In this document: piece by piece, positions 32,744 to 42,476 of the stretch
Numbering within the stretch: the stretch's first letter is position 1
How the letters are laid out: the number at the start of each line of letters is the position of its first letter
From: Chloroflexota bacterium
GTDB taxonomy: Bacteria > Chloroflexota > Limnocylindria > P2-11E
DNA length: 64,000 nucleotides
Direction of reading: 5' to 3'
NCBI GenBank assembly: GCA_016194865.1
Contig: JACQAT010000009.1
Coordinates: 86,473-150,472, forward strand
Notes under the pieces: generated by a model
Told to the model about the DNA's origin: nothing
Database searches by the model: none
The model's input: only the letters and a program-made list of their open reading frames with translations
Translations under genes and position numbers: made by a program

Positions 32744-34239
32744 CCACGCCGCACCTGCGCAACTACATCGGCGGGCAGTGGATCGAGTCCGAGAGCGGCG
32801 AGGTGTTCGACGACCTCGACCCCGCGACGGGCAAGGTCATCGCGACCGCGACGAAGTCCGGCAAGGCCGACGTCGAGCGCGCGGTCGAAGCCGCGCAGCG
32901 CGCGAGGGACGCCTGGCGCCTCTACCCGGCGCCGAAGCGCGGCGAGATCCTCTATCGCGCGGGTGAGATCATGCTGCAGCGCAAGGAGCAGCTCGCGCGC
33001 GAGATGACGAGCGAGATGGGCAAGGTGCTCGCGGAGGCGCGTGGCGATATCCAGGAGGGCATCGACATGACCTACTACACCGCGGGCGAGGGCCGCCGCC
33101 AGTTCGGCGACGTCGTCCCGGCCGAGCTCCCGAACAAGTGGGCGATGAGCATGCGGCACCCGCTCGGCGTGGTCGCCGCGATCACGCCGTGGAATTTCCC
33201 GTTCGCGATCCCGACCTGGAAGATCATGCCCGCCCTCGTCCTCGGCAACGCGGTCGTGTTCAAGCCCGCGTCGTACACCCCGATGCTCGCGGTCCGGCTC
33301 GTCGAGATCCTCGAGGAGGCAGGCCTGCCGAAGGGCGTGCTCAATCTCGTCCTCGGCCCGGGCGGCGCCCTCGGCGACGCGCTCGTCACGCATCCCGGCG
33401 TCGACCTCGTGTCGTTCACCGGCTCCTCCGATGTCGGGGCGCACATCAGCGAGATCGCCGGCCGCCTGCTCAAGCGCGTGTCGTGCGAGCTCGGCGGGAA
33501 GAACGCGATCGTCGTGCTCGACGACGCCGACGTCGATCTCTCGCTCGAGGGCATCGTCTGGTCCGCGTTCGGCACGTCCGGACAGCGATGCACGGCGGCC
33601 TCGCGTGTGATCACGCATCGCGGCGTCGCGAAGGATCTCGTCGACAAGCTCGTCGCGCGGACCAAGAAGCTGCGCATGGGGCACGGCCTCGAGGCCACGA
33701 CGGACGTCGGGCCGGTCGTATCGAAGGACGCGCAGGAGAAGATCCAGAGCTACATCCCAATCGCGGAGCGCGAGGGCGCGACCGTCGCCGCCGGCGGGCA
33801 GATCCCCACGGCGGGGGCGCTCGCGAACGGGTTCTTCCACGAGCCCACCGTGCTCATCGACGTGAAGCCGAACATGCGTGTGGCGCAGGAGGAGATCTTC
33901 GGCCCCGTCACCGCGGTCATCGAGGTCCGGGACCTCGATGAGGCCATCAAGGTGCTCAACAGCACGAAATACGGGCTGTCGTGCTCCGTCTACACGAAGA
34001 ACGTGAACAACGCGTTCCGCTTCATGCGCGATGCCGAGACCGGGCTCGTGTACGTGAACGCGGGGACCATCGGCGCCGAGATCCAGCTGCCGTTCGGCGG
34101 CATGAAGTCGACGGGCAACGGTCATCGCGAGGCCGGGCGCGCGGCGCTCGACGTGTACTCCGAGTGGAAGTCGATCTACGTCGACTACTCGGGCAAGCTC
34201 CAGCGCGCGCAGATGGATGAGCCGAGCACCGCGAGCTAG
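32740..34239 (+). CDS. NAD(P)-dependent aldehyde dehydrogenase
   Basis: 499 aa. Contains ITPWNFP, FTGSSDVG, catalytic ELGGKNA and GQRCTAASR. Confidence 0.9.
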   Translation: MTTPHLRNYIGGQWIESESGEVFDDLDPATGKVIATATKSGKADVERAVEAAQRARDAWRLYPAPKRGEILYRAGEIMLQRKEQLAREMTSEMGKVLAEARGDIQEGIDMTYYTAGEGRRQFGDVVPAELPNKWAMSMRHPLGVVAAITPWNFPFAIPTWKIMPALVLGNAVVFKPASYTPMLAVRLVEILEEAGLPKGVLNLVLGPGGALGDALVTHPGVDLVSFTGSSDVGAHISEIAGRLLKRVSCELGGKNAIVVLDDADVDLSLEGIVWSAFGTSGQRCTAASRVITHRGVAKDLVDKLVARTKKLRMGHGLEATTDVGPVVSKDAQEKIQSYIPIAEREGATVAAGGQIPTAGALANGFFHEPTVLIDVKPNMRVAQEEIFGPVTAVIEVRDLDEAIKVLNSTKYGLSCSVYTKNVNNAFRFMRDAETGLVYVNAGTIGAEIQLPFGGMKSTGNGHREAGRAALDVYSEWKSIYVDYSGKLQRAQMDEPSTAS

Positions 34240-35348
34240 GCGCTCCCGGCCGGCAGCGTGAAGCGGATGCGTGTCCCGCGGCCGAGCTCGCTCTCCGCGT
34301 CGATCTGTCCGCCGTGCGCCGTCACGATGCCCTTCGCGATCGCCAGCCCGAGGCCGGCGCCGCGCGACTCGGCCGACTTCACGAAGCGCTCGAACACGTG
34401 CGGGAGCACGTCCGGGGCGATCCCGCTGCCATCGTCGGCGACGGTCACGATGGCGTCAGCGCCCTCGAGCCGCGTCTCGATGCGCACGTGGCCGCCGCGC
34501 GGCGTGTAGCGCAGCGCGTTCGCGACGAGGTTCACGACGACCTCGCGGATGCGCACCGGATCGAGATCGACCTGCCGAGGTAGCGTGCCCGACGCCGTCA
34601 GCTCGACGCCCGCATCTGCCGCGGAGACCTGGAAGGTCTGCGCGATGTCGCGCACCAAAGCGTCCAGATCGGCGAGCTCGCGGTGCAGCTGCAGCGTGCC
34701 CGCTTCCGCGAGCGAGAGCGTCCGCAGGTCCTCCACGAGGCGCGACAGCACCTTCGTCTCCTCGAGCACGGGGGCGAGGTGCGCCTCGTCCGCCGGGTAG
34801 ACGCCGTCGAGGATCGCCTCGAGGTTGCCCTGCACGACGCTGAGCGGCGTCCGCAGCTCGTGGGAGACGTCCGCGAGCAGACGCCGCCGCTGTTCTTCGC
34901 TTCCCTCGAGGCGTGCGGCCATCGCGTTGAACGAGCGGGCCAGGGAGCGCACCGAGCGCGAGCCCCGCTCTTCGACACGCACCGTGTAGTCGCCGGACTC
35001 GACCCGACCCGCGGCGGCGATGACATCGCCGAGCGGGCGGGCGACCGCCTTCACGGCGCGCAGCGTGAGCGCCACGCCCAGGACGCCGAAGCCCAGGCCC
35101 AGGAGCAGCGCACCGCCACCGAGCGTGCCCGTGGGATCGATCGTCCCCACCGCGCCTGCGACGACCCAGAACAGGAGCGATGCCCCACCGATGCTGAGGA
35201 TGACGAGCGAGACGCAGCCCATCATCAGCGTGCGGAAGAACCTGCTGCGCATCGGCGACCCGTGGCGGGGTGGCCACGCCTCACCCTCGGGCCACCAGGG
35301 CGGCCGAGATCGCGACGACCAGCGCCGGCTACGACCGCCGCCCGTCAT
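34236..35348 (-). CDS. Sensor histidine kinase (HAMP-HisKA-HATPase)
   Basis: Two TM helices and a HAMP domain. H-box SHELRTPLS, N-box NALRYTP, G-boxes DDGSGI and GLGLAIAKGIV. The start overlaps the regulator stop (ATGA). Confidence 0.9.
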   Translation of the reverse strand: MTGGGRSRRWSSRSRPPWWPEGEAWPPRHGSPMRSRFFRTLMMGCVSLVILSIGGASLLFWVVAGAVGTIDPTGTLGGGALLLGLGFGVLGVALTLRAVKAVARPLGDVIAAAGRVESGDYTVRVEERGSRSVRSLARSFNAMAARLEGSEEQRRRLLADVSHELRTPLSVVQGNLEAILDGVYPADEAHLAPVLEETKVLSRLVEDLRTLSLAEAGTLQLHRELADLDALVRDIAQTFQVSAADAGVELTASGTLPRQVDLDPVRIREVVVNLVANALRYTPRGGHVRIETRLEGADAIVTVADDGSGIAPDVLPHVFERFVKSAESRGAGLGLAIAKGIVTAHGGQIDAESELGRGTRIRFTLPAGSA

Positions 35349-36031
35349 CGCTCCGGCTCGGCGAGGCGGTAGCCGACGCCGTACACGGTCAGCAGGTAGC
35401 GCGGCTCGCGCGGATCGGGCTCGAGCTTGTGGCGGATGTTCTTTACGTGCGCGTCGATCGCGCGCTCGTACGACTCGAACGCGACGCCATGGACGGCGTC
35501 GAGCAGCTGGCTCCGTGTGAAGATGCGACCCGGCTGCTTCGCGAGCGCGCTCAGCAGCTGGAACTCCGTCGGCGTGAGATCGATCTCGCGATCGCCGCGA
35601 CGCACGCGCATGCGCGGCAGATCGAGCTCGAGGTCTCCGACGCGCATGAGGTCGCCAGGCTCGTCCGTGCGCTCGGTGCGGCGCAGCACGGCGCGCACAC
35701 GCGCGACCAGCTCCTTCGGACTGAATGGCTTCGTGACGTAGTCGTCGGCGCCGAGCTCGAGGCCGATGAGCTTGTCGCTCTCCTCGATGCGGCCTGTGAG
35801 CATCACGATCGGCACGTTCGATGTCTTCCGCAGCTCTCGCGTCACGTCGAGGCCGTCCAGGGACGGCAGGCCGAGATCCAGCACGATCAGATCCGGGTGC
35901 GTGCGCTTCGCCAGCGACAACGCCTCGCTCCCGTCGCCGGCGGTCACGACCGCGTAGCCGGCGTGCTCGAGGTAGTCGCGCGCGAGCCGGACGATCTTCG
36001 CTTCGTCGTCCACGACGAGGACCGTTTTCAT
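35345..36031 (-). CDS. OmpR-family response regulator
   Basis: Receiver domain VLVVDDE...DLIVLDLGLP...MLTG. Winged-helix C-terminus LTPTEFQLL...VYGVGYRL. Confidence 0.92.
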   Translation of the reverse strand: MKTVLVVDDEAKIVRLARDYLEHAGYAVVTAGDGSEALSLAKRTHPDLIVLDLGLPSLDGLDVTRELRKTSNVPIVMLTGRIEESDKLIGLELGADDYVTKPFSPKELVARVRAVLRRTERTDEPGDLMRVGDLELDLPRMRVRRGDREIDLTPTEFQLLSALAKQPGRIFTRSQLLDAVHGVAFESYERAIDAHVKNIRHKLEPDPREPRYLLTVYGVGYRLAEPER

Positions 36032-36058
36032 GGGGCGGTCATCCTAGTCGCCGAATGG

Positions 36059-36091
36059 CGAAAGGACGGAGCCGTCCGCTCCGTCCTTTCG
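36059..36091 (-). other. Strong intergenic hairpin (14-bp perfect stem) between the small membrane gene and the response regulator
   Basis: CGAAAGGACGGAGC, loop CGTCC, GCTCCGTCCTTTCG. No U-tract on either strand. Confidence 0.6.
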
Positions 36092-36110
36092 CGTGCGCTC
36101 CGCGTCCCGC

Positions 36111-36425
36111 TCAGGTCCGCGGGCGATCGTCGGTCGACGTGGTCTCGTGTGCCTTCTTGTGCCACTCCTCGAAGCTCGGCGGCGGACCGTAGGAGTAGCC
36201 GTGCCCATACCAGCGGCCGCCCCATGACCACGAGCGCAGCGCGCCGAAGATGAGGAAGATGAACAGCAGGGGGAAGATGAACCCGAAGAAGCCGAAGCCG
36301 TAGTGCATGCCGTAGACGACGGGCGCGGCGCCCGCCACCGCGACCGGTGCGGCCTGCGCCGCGCCGATGGCGTAGCCGGCGAAGCCGACCAGAAGCAGGA
36401 GGAGGAACGCGAAGCCAGCCTTCAT
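36111..36425 (-). CDS. Small Gly/aromatic-rich membrane protein (104 aa), hypothetical
   Basis: ATG at 36425 lies 9 nt after AAGGAG. Signal/TM segment MKAGFAFLLLLLVGFAGYAIG, a second TM helix, then WSWGGRWYGHGYSYGPPPSFEEWHKKAHE. Confidence 0.6.
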   Translation of the reverse strand: MKAGFAFLLLLLVGFAGYAIGAAQAAPVAVAGAAPVVYGMHYGFGFFGFIFPLLFIFLIFGALRSWSWGGRWYGHGYSYGPPPSFEEWHKKAHETTSTDDRPRT

Positions 36426-36505
36426 GTGATGAGACTCCTTCCGCGATATGCGAGGAGCCTGCGGCGAGATCGTGAATTGACGATGAACGCGCGGCGGAGG
36501 CTTCG

Positions 36506-37057
36506 CTACACCAATGTGGCGTCGAGCCAGCGCACCGCGTGCGCGACGGCCTCGGCCTGTTGCTTGCCGAACTCGTGGCCCGCTCCGGCGAGGCGGACCA
36601 GATCGATGCGCGGATTCGTCCCGGCGATCCGCTCGAGCACGTCGATCGGCCCGAGCTCGTCGCGATCGCCCTGCACCACCAGCGTGGGGCAGCTCATGCT
36701 CGAAAGCGCGGCCTCGTCGTCGGGGCGTGGCCGTCCCGGTGGTGAGATGGGATGTCCGAGGACCACGAGGGCGTCGGGTGGCTCGACCGCCGCGAGGAAC
36801 GCGCACATGCGCCCGCCGAACGAGCGCCCGATCAGCGCGATCTTCGTCGCGCCACTGTCACGCAGCGCGTCGCGCGCGGCGCGCAGGTCCGCGAGCTCCG
36901 CCTGGTAGCCCCGGCTCGGACGCTTCCCACGCGTCGAGAACGTCACCGCGCGCGACGAGATGCCGGCCGCGGCGAGCGCGCGCGCGAGCACGATGAGGAT
37001 CGGCTGTTGGTCCGTGCCGCCGTAGCCGGGCGCGAGGACCGCGGCTCGCTCGCTCAA
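36506..37057 (-). CDS. Alpha/beta-hydrolase-fold protein (dienelactone hydrolase-like)
   Basis: TTG at 37057 overlaps the ligD stop (TTGA). Nucleophile elbow GRSFGG, with the Asp and His regions QGDRDE and GAGHEF. Confidence 0.7.
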   Translation of the reverse strand: MSERAAVLAPGYGGTDQQPILIVLARALAAAGISSRAVTFSTRGKRPSRGYQAELADLRAARDALRDSGATKIALIGRSFGGRMCAFLAAVEPPDALVVLGHPISPPGRPRPDDEAALSSMSCPTLVVQGDRDELGPIDVLERIAGTNPRIDLVRLAGAGHEFGKQQAEAVAHAVRWLDATLV

Positions 37058-39489
37058 CCCTTCACGCGCGGCAGCTTCTGCGACAGCTTGAGCGAGGGTG
37101 TCAGCAGATCGCCGACCCTCGTCAGGCGCTCGGGGAGGTTGGCGATCGTGAACGCGTCCGGTCGCCCGAGCGAGGGGATCTCCTCCCAGCGCAGCGGCGC
37201 GGACACGGGCGCGCGACGGATCGGCCGGACGCTGTACGGGCCCGCCGTCGTCTTGCCACGCACGTTCTGCAGGTAGTCGATGTAGATGCCCTTGCGGCGC
37301 GACTTTGAGAACTCGAGCGTGACGAGCTTCGGGCTCCGTTCGCGCGCGAGCTTGCCCACCTGCTCCACGAACCCGCGCGACTCATCGAAGGAATGGCGGC
37401 GCGCGATGGGGACGAGCACGTGGATGCCGCGCGAGCCTGTCGTCTTCGGGAAGCCGACGAGGTCGAGCTCGTCGAGCACCTCCTTCACGACGCGGGCGAC
37501 CTCTTTCACGTCGTCCCAGGTCGCGCCCGTGGCCGGGTCGAGATCGATCATCGCGAAGTCCGGCTTGTCCGGTTGGTCGATGCGCGCGAGCCGTGGGTGG
37601 ATCTCGATCGCCGTGTAGTTCGCGAGCCAGACGAGGGTCGCGGCGTCGTTGGCGAGGATGTAGTCGTTGCCGCCCTCGTGCGGGTCGTTCCAGCTCTTGA
37701 TCCAGCGTGGCGTGAAGCTCGGCTTGTTCTTCTGGTAGAAGCTCATGCCGCCGATGCCATCGGGGAACGGTTTCAGCGTGAGCGGCCGATCGCGCAGCCA
37801 CGGCAGCAGGTACGGCGAGACCTCGGCGTAGTACGTGATGAGGTCAGCTTTCGTGTAGCCGTCCTCGGGGAACAGCACCTTATCGAGGTTCGTGAGCTTG
37901 ACCTGGTGGCCCGAGACTTCCAGGATCGCCGGCACTCGCGCCATCCGCGTTGGCGGATCGGGTGCGGCCGAAACGCTTTCCTTTCGCTTCTCCGTCGCTT
38001 CGCGCTCGGCTGCCTTCTGGGCCTGCTTCGCCGTCTCGGTGCGCTCCTCTCCGGTACAGTCCTTTGGGTCGATGTCGGGGCGCAGGCCCCGATATGTCGG
38101 GTGGCGCAGCGTCCCGTCGTTGGTCAGCTCGGCGTACTGCACTTCGCAGACGAGCTCGGGCTGGCACCAGCGCGCCGGCTGATTGACGCGCGGCGTGCGA
38201 GCGAACGGCGACTCGCTGATCTCGCGCTCTGTCAAAACGCCAAGGAGGTCCTTCAACGTGCGCTCGTCGAAGCCCGTGCCGACGTGGCCGACCGGCTCGA
38301 GCTTCCCGTCGCGAGAGACGCCGAGCAGCAGCGCGCCCAACGTGTTCGTCCGACCGCCCTGCCCGGCGGTCCAGCCTCCGATGACGCAGTCCATCGTGCG
38401 CTGTGACTTGATCTTGATCCACGCCGCGGAACGGCCCGAGGTGTACGGAGCATCGAGGCGCTTGGCGACGATGCCCTCGAGCCCCTGTTCGCGCACGGCC
38501 GCGAACAGCGCGCGGCCCGTGCCGACGAACGGCTCGGAACGGCGCACCTGCCCCAGCGGGGTCAGCGCCGTCTCGAGGAGCTCCTGCCGCTCCCGCAGCG
38601 GCCGCTTCATGAGGTCCTCCCCGTCGAGGTGAAGCAGGTCGAACACGTTGTAGAAGACCGGTGTCTCGCGACGAAGCTTGCGGATCGTGCCGGGGTCCTG
38701 CACGTGCATGCGCGGCTGCAGCCGCTGGAACGAGGGCACGCCCTTTTCATCCAGCGCCACTATTTCGCCATCGAGGATGGCGTGGTACGCGCCGGTGAGC
38801 GCCTCCGCGGTGCCGAGCTCGATCTCCGGGTACTGCCGCGTGCAATCGAGCAGGTTGCGCGTTTGCAGCCGGACCTCGCCGCCATCGACGAACGCGAGGG
38901 TCCGAACGCCGTCCCACTTCGGCTCGAACGCGAACGCCGGCGAGTCGAACGGCTCGTCCGCCGCGGTCGCCAGCATCGGCGGGATCTTGCGCTGCAGCGG
39001 GTCGTCCTTCGGGGCGGTGCCGTGCTTGATCATCAGCCAGTCGCGCCCTTCGTTCGCGGACGTCTGGACGATCACCCACTCGCCGTTGAGCCGCGTGCCG
39101 TGGAAGTGGACCTTCACCTCGCGCTCCTTCTCGAGGAGCAGCTCGTACGTGCCGGTGTCCCAGATCGTCATCGTGCCCGCGCCGTAGCCGTCGGGGATCA
39201 CGCCGTGGAAGGTGAGGTATTCGATCGGGTGATCCTCCGTGTGGATCGCCAGTCGCTTCTTTCCTGGCTCGAGCGGCGGGCCCTTTGGCACGGCCCACGA
39301 CGCGAGCACGCCCCGCATCTCGAGGCGCACGTCCCAGTGAAGGCGAGAGGCGTGATGGCGGTGCACGACGTAGCGGAGCGCCGCCGTGTCGCGGGGTGGC
39401 TTCCCCTTCGGCTCGGGCGTCCGCTTGAAATCACGCTTGCGCTGGTATTCGGTCAGACTCACGCGGTCCCATTCTCGCCGGGGAGGCAC
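37054..39489 (-). CDS. ligD: Multidomain NHEJ ligase LigD (phosphoesterase - ATP-dependent ligase - polymerase/primase)
   Basis: PE domain: YQRKRDFKRTPEP and HHASRLHWDVRLE. Ligase domain: FEPKWDGVR (the KxDG adenylation motif). Pol domain: LTNLDKVLFPEDGYTKADLITYY...FYQKN...RGIHV. Start is GTG 39489 or GTG 39462. Confidence 0.9.
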   Translation of the reverse strand: MPPRREWDRVSLTEYQRKRDFKRTPEPKGKPPRDTAALRYVVHRHHASRLHWDVRLEMRGVLASWAVPKGPPLEPGKKRLAIHTEDHPIEYLTFHGVIPDGYGAGTMTIWDTGTYELLLEKEREVKVHFHGTRLNGEWVIVQTSANEGRDWLMIKHGTAPKDDPLQRKIPPMLATAADEPFDSPAFAFEPKWDGVRTLAFVDGGEVRLQTRNLLDCTRQYPEIELGTAEALTGAYHAILDGEIVALDEKGVPSFQRLQPRMHVQDPGTIRKLRRETPVFYNVFDLLHLDGEDLMKRPLRERQELLETALTPLGQVRRSEPFVGTGRALFAAVREQGLEGIVAKRLDAPYTSGRSAAWIKIKSQRTMDCVIGGWTAGQGGRTNTLGALLLGVSRDGKLEPVGHVGTGFDERTLKDLLGVLTEREISESPFARTPRVNQPARWCQPELVCEVQYAELTNDGTLRHPTYRGLRPDIDPKDCTGEERTETAKQAQKAAEREATEKRKESVSAAPDPPTRMARVPAILEVSGHQVKLTNLDKVLFPEDGYTKADLITYYAEVSPYLLPWLRDRPLTLKPFPDGIGGMSFYQKNKPSFTPRWIKSWNDPHEGGNDYILANDAATLVWLANYTAIEIHPRLARIDQPDKPDFAMIDLDPATGATWDDVKEVARVVKEVLDELDLVGFPKTTGSRGIHVLVPIARRHSFDESRGFVEQVGKLARERSPKLVTLEFSKSRRKGIYIDYLQNVRGKTTAGPYSVRPIRRAPVSAPLRWEEIPSLGRPDAFTIANLPERLTRVGDLLTPSLKLSQKLPRVKG

Positions 39490-39491
39490 GC

Positions 39492-41120
39492 ATGCCGTCG
39501 TCCTTCAGCACTCTCGCCGACCAGCTCCTGAAAGAGGAGTACGACGCGTCCCCTGTCCTCGCCTCGAGCCTCGGCCTCACCGAGTACGACGAGAGGCTCG
39601 ACGACCTCTCGCGCGAGGCGATCGAGGCGCGCGAAGAGAAGGACACGCAGTGGCTGGCCAAGCTCCGCGGCGTGTCCGATGAGGGCCTCGGCCGCGACGA
39701 GCGCATCGACCGCGACTTCCTGATCTCCATCCTGCGCGGACGCGAGATCCTGCGGCCCCACCGGATGTGGCAGCGTCAGCCCGCGACCTACCTCAATCCG
39801 GGATCGAGCGGCGTGTTCTCGCTGTTCCTGCACCGCATCCGCCCCGAGAAGGAGCTGGCGGAGGCGGCGCGCGCGCGCCTCGAGGCCATGCCGAAGATGC
39901 TCGACGCGGGGATCGCGAACCTCGACTTCGCGATCACGCCGCGCGTCTACGTGGAGCGCGCGATCGAGCAGAGCCGGGCGACCGCCCGGTACGCGCGCGA
40001 GCTGGTGCCGAACGAGGTGGTCGATCCGGGGCTGCGCGAGCGCCTCCGGAAGGCGGGCGAGACCGCGGCCGCCGCGGTCGAGCGGTTCCGCGCGTTCCTG
40101 GAGCAGAACCTCGCGCGGGCGCGCGGCGAGTACGCGATCGGCGAGGCCGCCTACACGGCGCTCCTGAAGGAGAAGGAGCTGCTTCCCTACGACGCCCGCG
40201 CGCTGCGCGAGCGAGGCCGCGAGCAGTACGACCTGCTCGCGGCGGAGGCGAAGCGCATCGCCAAGGACATCTCCGGCAGCGACGACTGGGTCGCGCTGCT
40301 CGAGAAGCTGAACGAGACGCACGCGGCGGACCCCGAGGGAATGCGGCGCGAATATGAGGAGTGGACGGAGCGCGCGCGGTCGTTCCTGCGCGACACGGGA
40401 CTCGTCACGCTGCCGAAGGGCGAGCGCTGCCTGGTCGAGCCGTCGCCGCCGTTCCAGCGCCCGGTGCTCGCGGTCGCCTCATACAACCGCCCGCCCGCGT
40501 TCAGCGACTCGCTGACGGGGCACTTCTTCGTGCCGTATCCGCCCGAGAACACGTCCGCAGAGGAGATCGCGAAGCGGCTCGAGGGCAACAGCAGCGATGG
40601 CATCCCCACGACGTCGGTCCACGAGGCGTACCCGGGACATCACTGGCACCTGATCATGGCGCACTTCAATCCGTCGAAGGTGCGCAAGACGTTCAGCACG
40701 TCGTACTTCAGCGAGGGCTGGGCGCTGTACGCGGAGCGGATGATGCGGGAGCAGGGCTTCTTCACCGACCCGAAGCACCTGCTCTACCAGTACGAGGCGA
40801 CCATCTTCCGGGCCGCGCGCATCGTCGTGGACACGAGCCTGCACCTCGGCGAGATGACCTTCGACGAGGCCGTGACATTCATGAGCGAGAAGGCGAATCT
40901 CACCGCGCCCAACTCCAAGGCCGAGGTGGGCCGGTACTGCTCGTGGCCGACGCAGGCGTCGTCGTACCTGACCGGCATGCTCGAGATCGTGGACATCCGC
41001 ACGCGCTGGCTCGCGCGCAAGGGCAAGAACGATCGTCCCGCGCTGCGCGAGTTCCACGACGCGCTCACGAGCAGCGGAGCGATGCCGACCTCGCTCGCGG
41101 AGCGCGCCATCACGCTATGA
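39492..41120 (+). CDS. DUF885-family protein (putative metallopeptidase-like)
   Basis: 542 aa. HEAYPGHHWHL motif, with overall DUF885-like layout. Confidence 0.7.
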   Translation: MPSSFSTLADQLLKEEYDASPVLASSLGLTEYDERLDDLSREAIEAREEKDTQWLAKLRGVSDEGLGRDERIDRDFLISILRGREILRPHRMWQRQPATYLNPGSSGVFSLFLHRIRPEKELAEAARARLEAMPKMLDAGIANLDFAITPRVYVERAIEQSRATARYARELVPNEVVDPGLRERLRKAGETAAAAVERFRAFLEQNLARARGEYAIGEAAYTALLKEKELLPYDARALRERGREQYDLLAAEAKRIAKDISGSDDWVALLEKLNETHAADPEGMRREYEEWTERARSFLRDTGLVTLPKGERCLVEPSPPFQRPVLAVASYNRPPAFSDSLTGHFFVPYPPENTSAEEIAKRLEGNSSDGIPTTSVHEAYPGHHWHLIMAHFNPSKVRKTFSTSYFSEGWALYAERMMREQGFFTDPKHLLYQYEATIFRAARIVVDTSLHLGEMTFDEAVTFMSEKANLTAPNSKAEVGRYCSWPTQASSYLTGMLEIVDIRTRWLARKGKNDRPALREFHDALTSSGAMPTSLAERAITL

Positions 41121-41127
41121 CGCCGCC

Positions 41128-41523
41128 GTGATCGAGCCGGCCGGGATCCTCGTCGCGGTCGCACTGATCGCCGCGATCTACATCGCGTTCGTGCTCGTGC
41201 TGCTCGTCGGCGGCAGGCGGCTGCTCGCGCGCGAGCTCGTGCTGCTGATCCCGAACCTGGTCGGCCTCTTCCGCGGCCTCCTCGGCGATCCTGGCGTCCC
41301 GCGTCGCGCGAAGCTCGTGCTGCTCCTCGCGACCGGCTACCTGCTGATGCCGCTCGACCTGGTCCCGGACTTCATACCGGTCGCCGGCACGCTCGACGAC
41401 GCGATCGTCGCCGCGCTGGCCCTGCGCTACGTCCTCCGCGTGACCGACCGCGCGACCCTCGCGGCGCATTGGCGCGGCGACCCCGCCACGCTGGAACGGG
41501 TCCTGCGTATCGCCTTCGCTTGA
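41128..41523 (+). CDS. DUF1232 (YkvA-like) membrane protein
   Basis: Contains LMPLDLVPDFIPVAGTLDDAIV, the characteristic DUF1232 core. 131 aa. Confidence 0.7.
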   Translation: MIEPAGILVAVALIAAIYIAFVLVLLVGGRRLLARELVLLIPNLVGLFRGLLGDPGVPRRAKLVLLLATGYLLMPLDLVPDFIPVAGTLDDAIVAALALRYVLRVTDRATLAAHWRGDPATLERVLRIAFA

Positions 41524-41579
41524 CAGGACGTCCTATGCTCGCGCGGCAGGCCGCGCGGGGAAAACGGGGGGGGTGCTCC

Positions 41580-42458
41580 ATGCCACGGTCCATCTGGAAA
41601 GGCACGATCAGCTTCGGCATGGTCGCCATGCCCGTCCGCTTGTACCTGGCGACGGAGAGCACCTCGAAGGTCTCGTTCAACCTGCTCTGCCCCGACCACA
41701 AGTCGCGGATCAAGAACAAGCGCTGGTGCCCCGAGGGCGATCACGAGGTCGCGTGGGGTGATGTCGTCCGTGGCTACGAGGTCGAGAAGGACACCTACGT
41801 GGTCCTCGAGGACGAGGACCTCGAGAAGCTGCCGCTCTCTTCCAGCAAGAGCATCGACATCGAGGGCTTCATCAAGGACGAGGAGCTTCCTGGCCCCGTC
41901 TACTACCAGAGCGCCTACTACCTCGAGCCGGAGAGGTCCGCGCAGAAGCCGTACGCGCTGCTGAAGAAGACCCTCGAGAAGACCAAGCGCGTCGCGATCG
42001 CGAAGTTCGCCCTGCGCGAGCGCGAGCGCCTCGTGTCGCTGCGCTCGCTCGACGGAGCGCTGCTGCTGAACACGCTCCACTGGCCGGACGAGATCCGCTC
42101 GGTCGAGGACCTCGACATCCCGGACGACATGAAGGTCAGCCCGGCCGAGCTGAAGATGGCCGAGGACCTCGTCGACATGATGGCGATGAAGTTCGAGCCG
42201 GACCGGTTCAAGGACGAGTACAAGCAGGCGCTCATGAAGATCGTCGACGCCAAGCGTGAGGATCGCGAGATCGTGGCGCCGGAGGCCGAGCCGGAGACGA
42301 CCGTGGTCGACCTCATGGCCGCCCTCAAGGCCTCCGTGGAGCGCGCGAAGGCGGGCGAGAAGAAGGTCGGACGCGCGACGCGCGGCGGGCGGGAGTCGAT
42401 CGGCTCGCGCAAGAGGACCACGGCGGCCGGCAAGACACCGAAGCGGAAGGCAAGCTAG
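41580..42458 (+). CDS. ku: NHEJ DNA end-binding protein Ku
   Basis: ATG at 41580. MPRSIWKGTISFGMVAMPVRLYLAT is the canonical bacterial Ku N-terminus. Basic Lys/Arg-rich C-terminal tail. Confidence 0.92.
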   Translation: MPRSIWKGTISFGMVAMPVRLYLATESTSKVSFNLLCPDHKSRIKNKRWCPEGDHEVAWGDVVRGYEVEKDTYVVLEDEDLEKLPLSSSKSIDIEGFIKDEELPGPVYYQSAYYLEPERSAQKPYALLKKTLEKTKRVAIAKFALRERERLVSLRSLDGALLLNTLHWPDEIRSVEDLDIPDDMKVSPAELKMAEDLVDMMAMKFEPDRFKDEYKQALMKIVDAKREDREIVAPEAEPETTVVDLMAALKASVERAKAGEKKVGRATRGGRESIGSRKRTTAAGKTPKRKAS

Positions 42459-42476
42459 CGCCGATACCCTGAGCAG

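Noticed and set aside
41519-41540. TTGACA followed by the palindrome AGGACGTCCT and TATGCT upstream of ku, considered as a promoter plus operator.
   Set aside because: The hexamer spacing is only about 10 nt, so they cannot form one sigma-70-type promoter. A single 10-bp palindrome is weak evidence for an operator, so I did not call it as a feature.
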